A DNA stretch of 63,690 nt, filler included, from Choristocarpus tenellus KU-1152 (GCA_964200185.2; 8 parts of 8 records of this genome joined end to end with filler, not necessarily neighbours in it); one strand, 5' to 3'; positions 27,101 through 38,530 are shown, numbered from the whole stretch's first letter. A program made the numbers and translations. The notes: generated by a model from the sequence alone, not told the origin.

Positions 27101-30015
27101 ACTTCCTTAAAATGCAAAACGGTCAAAACTTGGCTACGTCTCATTGACTTTGGCTCATACCATGAAACATTTACGTGATTCACATCTGTCCATCTTCCTG
27201 TGTGTCATCCATGAAAACCATTGCTAGCTCTCATGATTATGTCAACAATTCTTTCAATTATACAGCTACAAATCCTACCCTTATTGAGGTAGGTCCAGGG
27301 CAAGGACGCTCACAGTTGTTTTAACAAACCCGACACCCCACGGATTAGGTGAGCTCTAATTGGCTCTAGCTCATCACTGAGATTGTGTTTCCTCTGTAGG
27401 ATAGGGCATAGGGTATACCTTTAATAGAACTAAGAAAATGTACAAGGTGTCACGGTTGGGGATAGAGTGCAGTAGAAGAAGCAACACCACTCCTTGATGT
27501 TAGGCTTGGTTTATGGAACACGACACAGGGTTGGCAAGACTTGGAAGGGCATGAATTGTGGTCCAGCAAAAGCAGTATTTTTTGTCTGATGAGTATCCTG
27601 TGTCTGCTCACCATGTTGCACCTCATGCGCTCATGTATTGGGCAGCGTCTATTGTATCAATTGTGTGTTTGCGTCAACTATGTGCATCCTTGAATCGAAT
27701 AATCTTCAGTGATCTCTAATTTGTCACTGATAAATAGCGGCCCTCCCTATCATGCATCTGCATGTAACCTCATTCCTCATGTGTTTACTATACAGGTACT
27801 GGCTCTCTATCTTGTACAATGATTGCATCAACTGTGCAAGTCTCCCGCAATAATCACTGACTCTTACACTACTCTAACCAGCTCTATATATCTCTTCCTG
27901 ATCTTCGGTCTCAAGTGTTTGCATAGTGTCATACATCTTGAGTTTTATAAAAAAATCCATCACTGTTCTAAACTTCTACTCTACTCACAAAAAAGTAAAA
28001 GATGTGATAAAAAATGTGACTTCACGTAAACTGCGAGGGCCATGTGCCGCAGAGAGTTCCAGAAAGCACAGAAAAAACAGCATGAAGGCCTTCATGTCGC
28101 CAGTTGCAAGATGCTCAGCACCAAACTTCACAGAACAAAAGAATATGCACCCCATAAATGCGATGCAACTGTCATTAACTCTCTCTCCCTTGCGGATGAA
28201 GGGTGCACCAATTGAGCACAACATGCTTGATTGCCACATCTCTTGCCTCTCTGTCATATGCACACATTAGACTTCAAGGCCTGCCTACTCCTCAAGGGGC
28301 CAATTTATGACCAAAATGTACCTACATGCTTCCCTAGACAGAATGTGGAACGAAAATGTCTGTATTACCTTGTGACTATGGATCTATACATACCAGGCAT
28401 GTGTTTCAATGTAACAATACCAAAATAAAAATCAATGTAACAACAATGACTACTATTGTTATGTTGACAACATATTGAGGGTTAGGATGAGACTTGGGGT
28501 CCATGAGTAACTATTGATTGCAAAAGATGGGTGCTGTACTAGAGTCGCAAAAGAAAAATGCCTACCATGCTTTATCAGGTGCAAAACCCAACCTGCCACC
28601 AAAATTATGAGCACTTTGAAGCATAAAAAAACAATACAACGCAAAAAAAAATAGTTGCACAGTAAACAGAAATAGACCCACAATACCAAGACGCAAGAAT
28701 TGCATGGAGGGACACCCCATAGAGACAGAATACACACAGTGATGCTAAGAAGTAGAGGGACATAAAATGCCATCAATACTACATCTGTACAGGAACACCA
28801 TGTATCTTTTCCGCCTAGTCTTTTCCTTTCACCACTTGTCCTGTGTTCAAAATGCTTGTCGTATTTCTTCTCACCAACCAACAAGAAACCCAATCAAACA
28901 CAAATCGCATGTCTACACCCAAGTATTTGATTTTCCTACAAAAAAATGTTCCGTCTTATCAACTAAACCATTTCACAAATGATGAGCACGACAAGGAACA
29001 GGGATGTTTTCTGCGCAGATATTTATTCGAAAGTCAGATTAGTGCCAGATTTTATGGTCTTGGCAATGCCTTGGTAGGATATACCCGAGATGTGTGAGAG
29101 ACCATGGCAGGGAGGGGTGCTGGGGAGTCAAACTTTGTCAAACTTTGCCAAATACACTCAATCCAACTACACTCAATCCAACCACTAATGACATGTGTCC
29201 GCTTCGATGCCCATCACTACTGAACCTTCAAGTCAACTAGCACAAGATCTGTTTCCAATCTCCAATATATCTCCCATGCCCTTCTGTTCTGTTTGGAAAA
29301 GAAACTATATATTCCACTTTTGAGTCTTTAACAGCACCGATAATGATAACCACAATTACAAACTTTCAATGCCAGGGGAGAAAATTCTGGATACACAGTA
29401 CAATAGTTCTGATTCACACCCAGTCCTTTTCATTACATAGGTTTCAGGGTGAATGCTCCTGACGATTGTAACAATCGTAACATCTCCAGAGACCGTAAGA
29501 AACATCCTGTGCAAACACTCTGAGGTAAACCGACACTTTAGCAGGGCACCATAACATCAGAGGTTGGAGAAGCGTAGACACAGCAGGCATAAATAAAACT
29601 ATATCATAGTGGACTGCACACAGAACATCATACGTTCCACACAATAAAACTATATCATAGTAGACTGCACACAGAACATCATATGTTCCACACAATACAA
29701 AACTATATCAGTGCGAGGGACCCCCTCAATACAGCATAAATAATAAATAATAATATACTCAGCGCACTTCATTTCAATAGTTCCAGGTCATAAATAAAAA
29801 ATAAAAAAAATGAGGCAAATATCAGAGTGGGGCTAACAAAGTGGGGATGAAGAAATAATTGCAACAACAGCAAAAAATACAGAAGAATTAAGAAAAAGCG
29901 CAACACAAAGGTGAAACACTGATCAAGTCACCTGGCCCTCTCCTCCTTGAGCTTGAGCTTCTTCACCATGCCATTTGCCAGCTGGGCACGGTTTAGCTCT
30001 GCAACGAGTTGCCGC
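6064..30015 (-). CDS. SCAPER: SCAPER-like protein (S-phase cyclin A-associated protein in the ER), 15 exons, 5'-incomplete, about 1536 aa
   Basis: Exons: 29932-30015, 26578-26713, 21660-21760, 20976-21078, 19831-19965, 18865-19094, 18092-18197, 15132-17581, 14363-14896, 13041-13200, 10133-10222, 9285-9472, 8567-8644, 6430-6526, 6064-6183. All junctions are phase-consistent with no internal stop. SCAPER hallmarks: coiled coil IVLKASDENSK-VDEVLFMNKL, KKKRAKKVRERL, C-terminal LLGYFALGSTRNQEVLQWGHSPTLLVQLCNLPFRYFSEQPYQEVLFPTLISICFDNIRNREVLE and LSRRFPLNLWEEAARQF. Confidence 0.9.
6430..6526 (-). CDS. SCAPER: SCAPER-like exon (GC donor)
   Basis: EVLENDLAAELLATYLHRHLKDYIQHLEGVKQ; donor CAG|GCAAGC. 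Confidence 0.85.
7153..7408. mobile_element. MITE, GAG-TIR clan, family A
   Basis: GAAGCAAAGTATCTTACAGGGTA...TACCCTCTAAGATACTTTCACTC; TSD ttt/ttt. Confidence 0.88.
8567..8644 (-). CDS. SCAPER: SCAPER-like exon
   Basis: YFSEQPYQEVLFPTLISICFDNIRN; CAG acceptor, GTGAGG donor. Confidence 0.92.
9285..9472 (-). CDS. SCAPER: SCAPER-like exon
   Basis: EVLG..LVQLLGYFALGSTRNQEVLQWGHSPTLLVQLCNLPF, the most conserved SCAPER block. Confidence 0.93.
10133..10222 (-). CDS. SCAPER: SCAPER-like exon
   Basis: EALSREGVRSEFTYLCDRLLTSIVHRLSLQ; phase 0-0. Confidence 0.82.
11098..11160. repeat. 26-bp tandem repeat, about 2.4 copies
   Basis: agcattgaagtttttttaagaatctg repeated exactly. Confidence 0.9.
11400..12000 (-). 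pseudogene. Possible pogo/Fot1-like transposase C-terminal relic
   Basis: Degenerate NI..GF..L motif followed by a K/E-rich coiled tail (KGKKSVVLALSEP..LKLKTAEEDKESKLREE) with stops. Confidence 0.25.
12050..12700 (-). pseudogene. Sola-like DDD transposase relic
   Basis: TFGNDSQDYQNQLFQPVMVELTIP (like DNCxxQNKN) followed across a frameshift by CVNHDNFESCHF (like VGHxKFxxD). Confidence 0.3.
13041..13200 (-). CDS. SCAPER: SCAPER-like exon
   Basis: IPQNRIHIGG..LPPLSERLLDLAAVVVHAVNQAAVMNLSLVQ; this frame is absent from the ORF track; phase 2-0. Confidence 0.85.
14363..14896 (-). CDS. SCAPER: SCAPER-like exon
   Basis: IQEEYIRYILAKGILLHLSKLLRRL...LGVAGVLSEAVSFLAAL; CAG acceptor, GTGAGC donor. Confidence 0.87.
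15132..17581 (-). CDS. SCAPER: SCAPER-like giant exon (2450 nt)
   Basis: 816 open codons with KKKRAKKVRERL, ARLERASCEL and SRDHILLVDAAAPLLD; GTGAGG donor. The acceptor at 17582 is inferred from phase and from the in-frame stop just upstream. Confidence 0.9.
18092..18197 (-). CDS. SCAPER: SCAPER-like exon (GC donor)
   Basis: FEVGNEADIGGNNTIELSHDSACGSYNCSPVHKSK. It bridges phase 2 to phase 0; donor AAG|GCAAGC. There is no conserved-motif support. Confidence 0.62.
18865..19094 (-). CDS. SCAPER: SCAPER-like exon with His6 run
   Basis: AILRMADPQGLGQGHKKNRK..NHHHHHHK..QIED; CAG acceptor. Confidence 0.75.
19831..19965 (-). CDS. SCAPER: SCAPER-like coiled-coil exon
   Basis: AAAQRWESLQKRLEAVQLRRRERDKETMRRMQVAHRHDQARERRE; GTGAGA donor. 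Confidence 0.87.
20976..21078 (-). CDS. SCAPER: SCAPER-like coiled-coil exon
   Basis: ERRQQLLAGISDKQKKRTKDKAKQMSERRLEAEE. Confidence 0.87.
21660..21760 (-). CDS. SCAPER: SCAPER-like exon
   Basis: VDEVLFMNKLTVEDLKITLQMRLVEVDRKIQSG (compare SCAPER KVNEIAFINTL). Confidence 0.9.
23776..24033. mobile_element. MITE, GAG-TIR clan, family A' variant
   Basis: GACTCAAAGAATTTAAGAGG...CTTAAATGCTCTGACTC; TSD aaa/aaa; homologous to 44308-44561. Confidence 0.85.
24656..24915. mobile_element. MITE, GAG-TIR clan, family A
   Basis: GAGTGAAAGTATCTTAAGAGGG...CCCTCTAAGATACTTTGACTC; TSD tgt/tgt. Confidence 0.9.
25700..26450 (-). pseudogene. Sola-like DDD transposase relic in SCAPER intron
   Basis: QVDRAHP*NNAVLLFLSRLNSMG then EDIFFNFLFNMGYN*LDAAHLS (DNCxxQNKNxxxLxFL ... 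NFxxxGHxxxxD pattern). Confidence 0.35.
26578..26713 (-). CDS. SCAPER: SCAPER-like coiled-coil exon
   Basis: GVRFRKEEQISRAERGIRQRMEDADKRRMEYRRQIVLKASDENSK. Confidence 0.9.
26900..27156. mobile_element. MITE, GAG-TIR clan, family C
   Basis: GAGTCGAAGTATACGAGAGG...GACTTTGGCTC; flanks atg/ata; inverted relative to 4723-4975. Confidence 0.82.
29592..29710. repeat. 51-bp tandem repeat, about 2.3 copies
   Basis: aataaaactatatcatagt(g/a)gactgcacacagaacatcata(c/t)gttccacac. Confidence 0.9.
29932..30015 (-). CDS. SCAPER: SCAPER-like exon (most 5' exon found)
   Basis: RQLVAELNRAQLANGMVKKLKLKEERA; polypyrimidine tract and CAG acceptor; phase 2-2. Confidence 0.85.
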
Positions 30016-31126
30016 CTGGGCAAGGAGAAACACAAGGACTCGTATATTCAGAAAAAGGGCCATATCAACATGCTCTTGATTGGTTGGTATGAAACTCTGC
30101 AAGGACAGAGCTATGGAGTACACCCTTAGGCCAGCATTTTGACAATTTGTGCCAGTTTGATCCGCTTGCGAGTATTTGAATTACATACGGGATTTTTTTT
30201 TTTTTACAGTAAGTAGTATCAGTAAATAGTATCCGTATAATATGGTGAATACAAAGTGGATGTGTGCCCTACCTTGATTTTGCTCCTTTCCACAAACTCC
30301 TATCAAAAGCACCAAATCAACACAAGACTCAAATTCACCAAACCCAGCATATCAAGTGAGTTTATGTTTTGTTACAGCTGTCAGAAACACAAGTAGTGAC
30401 TTGTAATATCAACTTCATATTACAACTGTAGACACAAAGGTGCAGAGATCTCAGGTAAAAGGAAAGCACAGGTGTTTGCACCAATATTCTTCATTCACTG
30501 CTATATTCGCCTGGACTGGAGAGATCAGGAGCGTTCCAAACAAATTTCGTATCCATGATCCCCAAATACCTTATGAAGAAGTGGGTATGAAGGAGAACGC
30601 ACTTTCTCACTCCCAACTCTTTTGTGGGTTTGATCATTGAGCTTTCTACGGTTGAGAACTCAAGTCAGAACATATACAGTGTATTTCATGTGAGGGTCAA
30701 AGGAGAGAAACATGCGGAAAAAAAAATTCTTTGCTGCCCACCAAAACATTCTGTGACCTACACAGGATTACTGCAGGGCAAGGTGCTCGGCGCAAAATAA
30801 TTTTTGTTTCTTCCCACCAATAAAAAAACAATTACCTTGCCATTACCAAACTGGAATATTTAGAAAATATATATTAATACCGTAAGACTTGGCTCTTTTC
30901 AAACAGTAGGCACTATATGAACAATTATACTGCAAGCATTCAACACTTGGAATAAGTGTTTTTCAAATTATTTTATTTTTATTGTTACCAACAGAGTACC
31001 TGTCGGCATTTCTTTCCACCCTTGTATCTCTTCAGTTGTTAAACCGTATCAAGTCCTCACTACACAACCAAAATCTTGCGCTGGGGACTATTTTATTTTA
31101 ACTATTTTATTTGGTCCTGGGGTCCC

Positions 31127-31313
31127 GGGTCAAAGAATCTGGGGGGGGGGATGTTGGCGTCCGTTTTTCACCCTTTTTTCGATTTTCACGTTTTTGGTGT
31201 GATTTGCTCGCACGTGTCGGATTTGAAATGCCAGCAAAAAAAATACTTAATTGACCGAAACGGACGCCCCCCCGTAAATCACCCCCCCCCCCCCCCCCCC
31301 CCCCCCACCCCCC
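31127..31313. mobile_element. MITE, family B' (truncated by gap)
   Basis: GGGTCAAAGAATCTGGGGGGGGGG...poly-C at the contig end. Confidence 0.7.
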
Positions 31314-31413
31314 NNNNNNNNNNNNNNNNNNNNNNNNNNNNNNNNNNNNNNNNNNNNTTAATTAATTAANNNNNNNNNNNNNNNNNNNNNNNNNNNNNNN
31401 NNNNNNNNNNNNN
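31314..31413. other. Artificial contig spacer (also at 37724-37823, 41907-42006, 47159-47258, 51097-51196, 57507-57606, 60838-60937)
   Basis: Identical 44N-TTAATTAATTAA-44N blocks; the 12-mer places stops in all six frames. Confidence 0.98.
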
Positions 31414-31481
31414 CAAAAATCGCGACATGAAAAATTGACCACAAATGGACAGCCGCCACCCCCTCCCAGATACTATGAGCC
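31414..31481. mobile_element. MITE, family B end fragment
   Basis: gacatgaaaaattgaccacaaatggacagccgccacc..CCCAGATACTATGAGCC; homologous to about 46065-46124. Confidence 0.75.
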
Positions 31482-33324
31482 GGAGATTCAGGTGGACAGG
31501 AGAAGAATCGGCTGATGCCTTACCGAGAGCCTCACCCTTTATTTGTTCCAATTGAGAGCTAGTGTGGGTACACTGAAAAAAATAGTGGGAACGTTGTGTG
31601 GTAACTGGAGTCCAGCCTTTAATTTATAGTTGGCGCGAAGAAAGGAGAGATTGCTAATGCCACAACCCACCATGCTGAAGTGGCCGCGTCAACCAGTAGG
31701 GAATATCTATGGAATAGTTGAGTGGATTGTGCTGGGTAACGTGAAATTTGAGTTGATACAAGTGAATATCTGTGCCATTTGTTATGGAGGGTGGAGTGAC
31801 ATTTTCTTCCCCAAGTGTTCAGGAGAGCCAAAGGGAATGTACAGCGAGAGCCACAAGTGGCCTGCATTCTTTGTATATTCCTCTGTGCTTGTTACCATGT
31901 TCAGGTGTTAGCGTTATTTGGTCGTGCTAACCGCCATGTGTAAGATTTGTTTAATTCCTTACTCTGAGTGTACGTATGTCCTGAAGTATTTTGATTCATT
32001 TCTGTGAAGTAAGTGCATATATTTTCCTTCAGCCACGACTAAAAATATATAAAGAGAGGTGATGTGAGGTGAGATATATTACTATATTTCGTGGTGATAC
32101 CCCTTCCTTGTGTTTCCACTTTGCATTGGAAAACAAAAGGCAGCCACCAATCCATCGTATATGCGAGATCCTCCAAGAAAATGTCTCGCTTTGAAGTCAT
32201 GTACTGTACATCACAAAGCAAAAACCATACGTTTGCGCCCTACCGTTTGATACAGATATAATAGATAATGTGTTGACCAAAAAACTAAAGTATAGCTATT
32301 ACTTCAGTACCAAAATACTCCTCAACAATCACACATAGCCTATTATGTAGCAGTAGAGCTCTCTTCGATGGAATGTGCAGCAAGCGAAAAAGGGGTACAA
32401 AATGATTTCATACAGTGGTCTTCAATTTATGGAGTGCATCTCCACCTTTTTTCGAGTGGGTTGCCAGCATACATTCTTTATTGTTGCAGACGATCTGCCA
32501 GTTGTGCACCTGACTGTGGTGTTGGTCTAACTCACCCTGATCCTGATGAGGTCACTACTCTATATACTCCTTGAACATATCAGGCGAGGGGTGAACTGTT
32601 GCTCCACACTGCTTTTGGGTGAAGCCCCAGGAACAAGCAAGTTAAGTCAGCCGTCTTAGGTTCATGTCGTTTATGCTCATCATTTAGATTGTGTTTATTC
32701 ATCTCTCGTCCATCTATGTAAGAGATTATTAGTACAGTACTCTTGAGTTATTGTTTTATGTATGATAAGCAAAGAAATGCTTCAGTCATGGAGTTGATGT
32801 ACATGTTCTTGGTGTAGGATGCAGCAACGTTGAAGGGATTGCTGGTGCCTATTCTCTTCCAAGACATATGTTGTTGTGCTTTGAGGAGAGCTGTGTATAC
32901 ATATTCTTGCCTCATCCCTGATGCAGAGCCTCGCTTCTTATCACTTTGGGCATCCTCCTATGAGAGAGTCTCTTCAGTAAGGTAGAACATTGTAACAGTC
33001 AATTGATGTATTTTACTTCTAATGACTCCGCATTAGAGTGATAACATCAGTAAACGATCGTTACAAAACCACCTACTCCGTAGTAGTAACATGTATTTTG
33101 TTCCTTCTCCTACGGGAGTCAAGCATAATTGTAAATAGTAGCAACATTCTCGTAAAATGGCTGAACTTATGCTCTTTCAGAGGTCCGGAGGTCGATCCAC
33201 CAAGAGGCAAATTGTTCTTTTCTGTCCCAAAAATAGCAGTGTTAGAATAGCAATAGAGCTGGTGCATAAAACACAGATTCACACACAACATACATCGGTA
33301 TGACAAAACAAACAACAGGCCATT

Positions 33325-34012
33325 TCACAGTGGACAGGAATCTCTGCATGAATCTGGTGTTCCACGCAGGGGCACCAACAGATGCTAGAACAGCTCCCTA
33401 CAGGGACAAAGGTCTTCTGCTAGACGTCACCTTCGCAAAATTATAGGCAACCTCCCACCTAACTCACTCATCCACTGGCAATGGTGCAGCTGCTGCTGCA
33501 GCCGAGGCACGAAAGCACAACCACTATGAGGGCTCCTTTGATCCTCGTAGTTATAACCTCAACACCTTTGCGGTAGAAAGTTTTGGGCACCTCGGCAAGC
33601 AAGTGGAATGCTTCCTAGATGAGCTGGCTATTCACATTGTACGGGGGAGAGGAACGGGAGGATATTGCAGGAAAGGAGTAGTTAAATCCTGGCTACACGT
33701 GTCATGCGCTTTAAACTAGAGTCACCAGAGAGATGGGCACGGAAGGGTTTGTTGGATTCTTGGGATGCCTCCCTAGCTCCTCCCCCCGGGGCGCAGGAGT
33801 TGGTGGATGGGAAGCACAGAAAGACAGTAGTACAATATTGGTAGTGGTGAAGTAACTGATAGATTAGTGCTTCTCACACTTACAGTGTTTTATCGTGTTT
33901 TCACATTTTGACATTTTATTTCTTTAGGGCTTATACTGACATATGTATAGGTTTCATTTGTTTTCCCCATGACACATCTGCAAAATGTCAGAGGGCATAA
34001 TAATATATTAAC
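33325..34012 (+). mobile_element. CRE-clade non-LTR retrotransposon 3' end (restriction-like endonuclease + 3' UTR)
   Basis: LLLDVTF...AAAAAEARKHNHY...TFAVESFGHLGKQVECFLDELA (PD-(D/E)xK RLE of CRE elements). The 3' UTR is shared with 60118-60837. Confidence 0.85.
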
Positions 34013-36017
34013 AACTGGAATCATCATCGTCACTGAGTGAGGTAGGTACAACCCACCTTAAAATGATAACAGAGTGCAAACACACTAACGATACTGTGCC
34101 AGATTAGGCCTCATTTCATCAAGCTCCTTCATAGCAACAAAATCCAGTATGCATGAGAAAGCTCCACATTTGATACCTCTCACAGAACTGAACAGTAAGA
34201 AATATATTTCTACGAAATACCACTTTTGGTTTCAATGACTAAAAAAACAAGCCAAGTCATATGCACCCTTGCACCATGATGTTTTTCAAGAGCCTTGCAG
34301 TGGAGTTCGCTTACTGGCGAAATCTGTAATGATAATTTGTATCGCGAGTACAATTGTACTTCTTCTGCTCTCAAAGTGCTCACAGTGGATGAATTTCTTG
34401 TTTGGTTTGGGGTACTAATAATAGTTGTGATGATGCACAACAAAAGAAAAATACGGATGATACACTGAGATTTAAATTTGAGGGAGGTGCTAGTCTTGGT
34501 GTTGAGATAATCAAAATGTACACCATGTTTGTACCACTATTATTCTTATCGAATACGTGACTGGTACCTATCTACAGCCCTCTGACCTAATCTGGTAAGA
34601 AATTATAATTTACTTCGAATAAATAGTGTAACATTATCGATTTCAGTACCAAAACAACCAAACCTGGAACAGTACAGTACAAGTTATATCAGTTAAAGCA
34701 GGAGCAAGCAGGTTGGATCTAATTCAATCCTGATACAGCCCAACTAATGAGTTCTTACTGTCACAGATCACAACCATCAGGACCTATTGGGTGGAGCAAG
34801 TAAGCCTCCAGGTGAAGGCATGCTCTCTCACCAACCCCCATAGTTCAAGTCCATCGAACCTTTTTTCTTACACACAGTGACGAAACATGAGAACCACCTA
34901 CAAATGCGACAGAGTAATCGAACTACAAACTATGTCACATAAACCCAAGAGGATTTGTCCATTGTGGTGGCCAAGGCATTCCAACAAGAAATAAGCAAAC
35001 TGTGGCGAAACAGTCGAGGACCTACCTCACATACATAGTATCTCCTCCCGTCTTCTCACCAACCCGACTTTCCAATCTCCTCCCTTCGAACCAGCAACCA
35101 TCCCTTACCTCTACCCTAGGATCCTAGGATCCCCCCCCTGCGTCTACGGTAGTAGTACTCTTGTCCCTGCTCCTCTTTGTCGACATGTACTAGGATAGAG
35201 CTCTAGACGAGTGAGTCTCTCCACTCAACGTATTCTGAAAGTGGTACAGGCCATCATCCCTGCGACCATGCTCTTGTATGTCTCCCTCGTATGAGGTATA
35301 TTGCCACTCACATACTCATTGGTTGCAGGGATACTACCAAGGTTGTGATTGGTGAGTGGTACTTGGTGTGTATGCCAGTATTTTACCTCCCAACTTGCTC
35401 CCATTGCCCCCCAGATACGCTATTATCCTCCCTACCTGACTCAACCCCCCCTCCCATCACCCCAGCGCAGGCATAGCTGCTCCAACTATCTTCCGTTTAT
35501 GGAAGCATCCATGTGACATGTCTGGGTGCTCACTCAAATGCTTTATTTCATCTATTGAGGAGTGAGGTCAATCGTGCCCTGCAAATAAGGAAAGACAGAG
35601 GAAGCCTCGGTAAATACATAAACTGAAGAAAGAAACCTCTCTGCAACCACATTTTGGTCGATCACACCATGAGTATGTAGCCTAGTCTTTTTTGGGGAGG
35701 TTATGCTGCATGATATGTGCTTCTGAAGCCTTTTTTTCAGTAGGAATATGTGCAGTTGTTTGTGGTAGTGTGTATACACTAGACTGCTTTCTTATGCTAT
35801 TGACTCCTCCGACACAATACGCACCCGCCACACCTGGAGCAATCCACAAGTATGAAATCTAGGTAGTATATTACAAAAATTGGGAAGTGTAACCATCATT
35901 TATAATATTCCATATATCATCTACATTGTGAGACCGAGGGTTATGTTATGTTTGATGCATTCACAGCATAATGATAATGCCTAAAGTGTATGTATGTATG
36001 TGTATGTATGTATTATT

Positions 36018-36201
36018 GGCTCAAAGTATCTGGGGGGGGTGGCAGCAGTCCATTTGGGGTAAATTTTTTTTCGTGTCACGATTATTGGTTGATTTGGTTG
36101 CATACGTCGGATGGATAAGGTTGAAATGCACTTTTCCTGATTTTGACCCAAATGGACACCCTGGTGTGGACCTCCACTCCCCCCCCCAGATACTTTGGGT
36201 C
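36018..36201. mobile_element. MITE, GAG-TIR clan, family B
   Basis: GGCTCAAAGTATCTGGGGGGG...CCCCCCCAGATACTTTGGGTC; TSD att/att. Confidence 0.9.
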
Positions 36202-36204
36202 ATT

Positions 36205-36335
36205 TTGTATTATGTGTTGTGTATTATGTATTGTATACTGTGTATTATATATTGTGTATCATGTATCATGTATTATGTCTTGTGTATTATGTATTTATGT
36301 ATTATGTTTTGTGTGTATTATGTATTATGCATTGA
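36205..36335. repeat. Degenerate (TGTATTA)n-like low-complexity repeat
   Basis: Reiterated tgtattat/tgtgtatt units. Confidence 0.8.
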
Positions 36336-37556
36336 AAGTTGGAGCAATCCTATCTCAGAGGGGGGTCTACTGAGGCCCTCCTGGTGACTTAGAGTTTTAT
36401 ATATATTCTCCCTGACACATAATTTCTTACCACTGAAATCCAGATACCACACTTTAGTTTGGAGACTGCGGCTGTAAAAAAGGAGATGAAACCTCTTCTA
36501 CACTAGCGGATATCACCCTCCAGAGCGGATTTCTAGAAGCCCATCTACCGTAAGGGGGTCACAGGAACCCCAAATACTCTACTACACCCCCCTCTAAGAT
36601 GTGATGACTCTTGAATGCTGGTAGTCTTCCTTTGAGCAGTACGAGCACTGCGTGCAGTGCTACTACTATAGTAGGTTGTACCAGCCCTACTCCAAGACCT
36701 AGTGTAGTGCTGGTGGTGCTATGAGACCCACAAAAATTAGAATAGTGACATTGCTAGGTAGATGGGTAGGTGGGTGGGTTGGAAGATAGACCAAGTACTC
36801 CGGAGGAGATCCTATGTGAAAATTGCTGGAAATTATTCGTTTCATCCATTCATTAACTTGGAATTTCAAATTCCTGACCCGTTTTGTACTTCTCTTCTCT
36901 CCATCTTTTTCTTCCAGCACAAGTGATTGGGGTATTATCGCAATTCGGAATACACATAGTTATCGTTGAGCCAACTCTCACAAGAACTGAGTAATAGAGT
37001 AGAAGGAAAGCGATTTTGTACATTAGACGTTGAGACTACCAATATGTCTTTTTCTAATCCTGTTAGGTTTGGTCATTCATTGGCATGGGATTGTATCATT
37101 TTTGTGTCCTTCATTCTTACCTTCTACAACTTCAAGGTGAAATCTTGCAGCAGAAGTGTCTGTGGTTGTCTTTGTACATCCAATTTTAGTAGCGTCACTC
37201 AATATCTTTTTTGAAAGAAGTCATAGCCCAGAGAAGTTGAAAATTAGCTCTCCGAAAATGCATTTTTCGCTCCATGCTGCGCCCCACGGGTCTGCCTTCC
37301 TTGAAGAGGGAAACGATACATATTATTGTGAAAGTAGTGATAACATTTAATTTAGATATCTTAAACCTAAACCGTGGGGAAAGAAATGTTTATGGGGAAA
37401 TGTTTCTGACATTGTTGTTCAAAAAGGGTCGTAAGGATTATATTTCATATTTGTCAGTTAATATCCTATTTTAGGCAAAGGGCCTTTGGAATGCAGGCAG
37501 AGGAGTGGTGGAGACATTGCACTATGTTTTTGTTGTATATTGTGTGTGGTATATAT

Positions 37557-37723
37557 GACTCAACGTATCTGTGGGGGGGTGGTGGCTGTCCATTTGGGAC
37601 CTATTTTTTCATGTCAAGATTTCTGGGTGGTTTGGTTCCATATGTCGGATGGATAAGGAAAGTGCACTTTTCCTGGATATGGTCCAAATGGACACCCTGG
37701 TGTAGACCCTCCCCCCCCCCCCC
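37557..37723. mobile_element. MITE, family B (truncated by gap)
   Basis: GACTCAACGTATCTGTGGGGG; colinear with 36018-36201. Confidence 0.85.
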
Positions 37724-38175
37724 NNNNNNNNNNNNNNNNNNNNNNNNNNNNNNNNNNNNNNNNNNNNTTAATTAATTAANNNNNNNNNNNNNNNNNNNNN
37801 NNNNNNNNNNNNNNNNNNNNNNNTATCAAACCAACCCAATCAATTTATCATCTCGTAACTGCTTACCGAGTACCACTTCGTACATTTAAACATAGCTATA
37901 TCTTTCTCTCAAACATCCACACAATCGCAATCAACATTTCAAACACATCAAAATAAGGGAATAACATACCTCCCCCTCCCCCGCCCACACGCACACAGAA
38001 GAATACACCTCCAAAGCACGCTCTCCTCCTTACACCAACCACCAACACCAACACCAAACAACCTACTAACATCAATATTACATTACAGTACCACATTTCA
38101 CCAACGAAGCATGCAATATTTCAATATTATAGTACACAAAATATTAACACATTATATCATGAATGAAGTGTTTGA

Positions 38176-38530
38176 GTATAGTATACATTATCAACACAAT
38201 AATAGTACATTGAGTAGAATAGTATACAACCTTAAAGTTTTGACTCGCATGCTTCATTATGTAGTATAGTATATATTATTGGCACTGTCGTATACTCAGT
38301 AGAATAATATACAACCTTACAACCTTGACTCACTGACTTCGCTACATAGTATAGTATATATTATCAACACAGTAGTATATTCATTAGTAGTAGTAGAGTA
38401 GCATAAAACCATAGAACCTTGACTTACTTGATTTACTATGTAGTCCGAGTAGTATTGTACACACTATCAATATTATAGCATATTTAGTAGAATTGTATAC
38501 AACCTCACAACCTTGACTCACTTGCTTCAC
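38176..38530. repeat. Degenerate minisatellite, about 87-bp unit, about 4 copies
   Basis: Recurring agtatagtatatattatcaacac...gtagaat..tatacaacctt...accttgactcac at about 38176, 38263, 38348 and 38442. Confidence 0.8.

Noticed and set aside
7153-27156. GAG-TIR MITEs as the introners that created the SCAPER introns
   Set aside because: They lie deep inside introns rather than at boundaries, and their G-starting ends after an AGG duplication would not produce GT or GC donors.
31000-31033. Possible next upstream SCAPER exon (DTRVERNADR, donor AG|GTACTC)
   Set aside because: The phase fits, but the acceptor is poor and there is no convincing SCAPER motif; left unassigned.
33135-33215. tRNA-like A/B-box sequence (similar traces near 9050-9120)
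   Set aside because: It cannot be folded into a cloverleaf; at most a decayed SINE head.
29592-38530. Tandem arrays as possible CRISPR-like repeat-spacer structures
   Set aside because: Units are contiguous duplications without unique spacers, there are no cas genes, and the context is eukaryotic.
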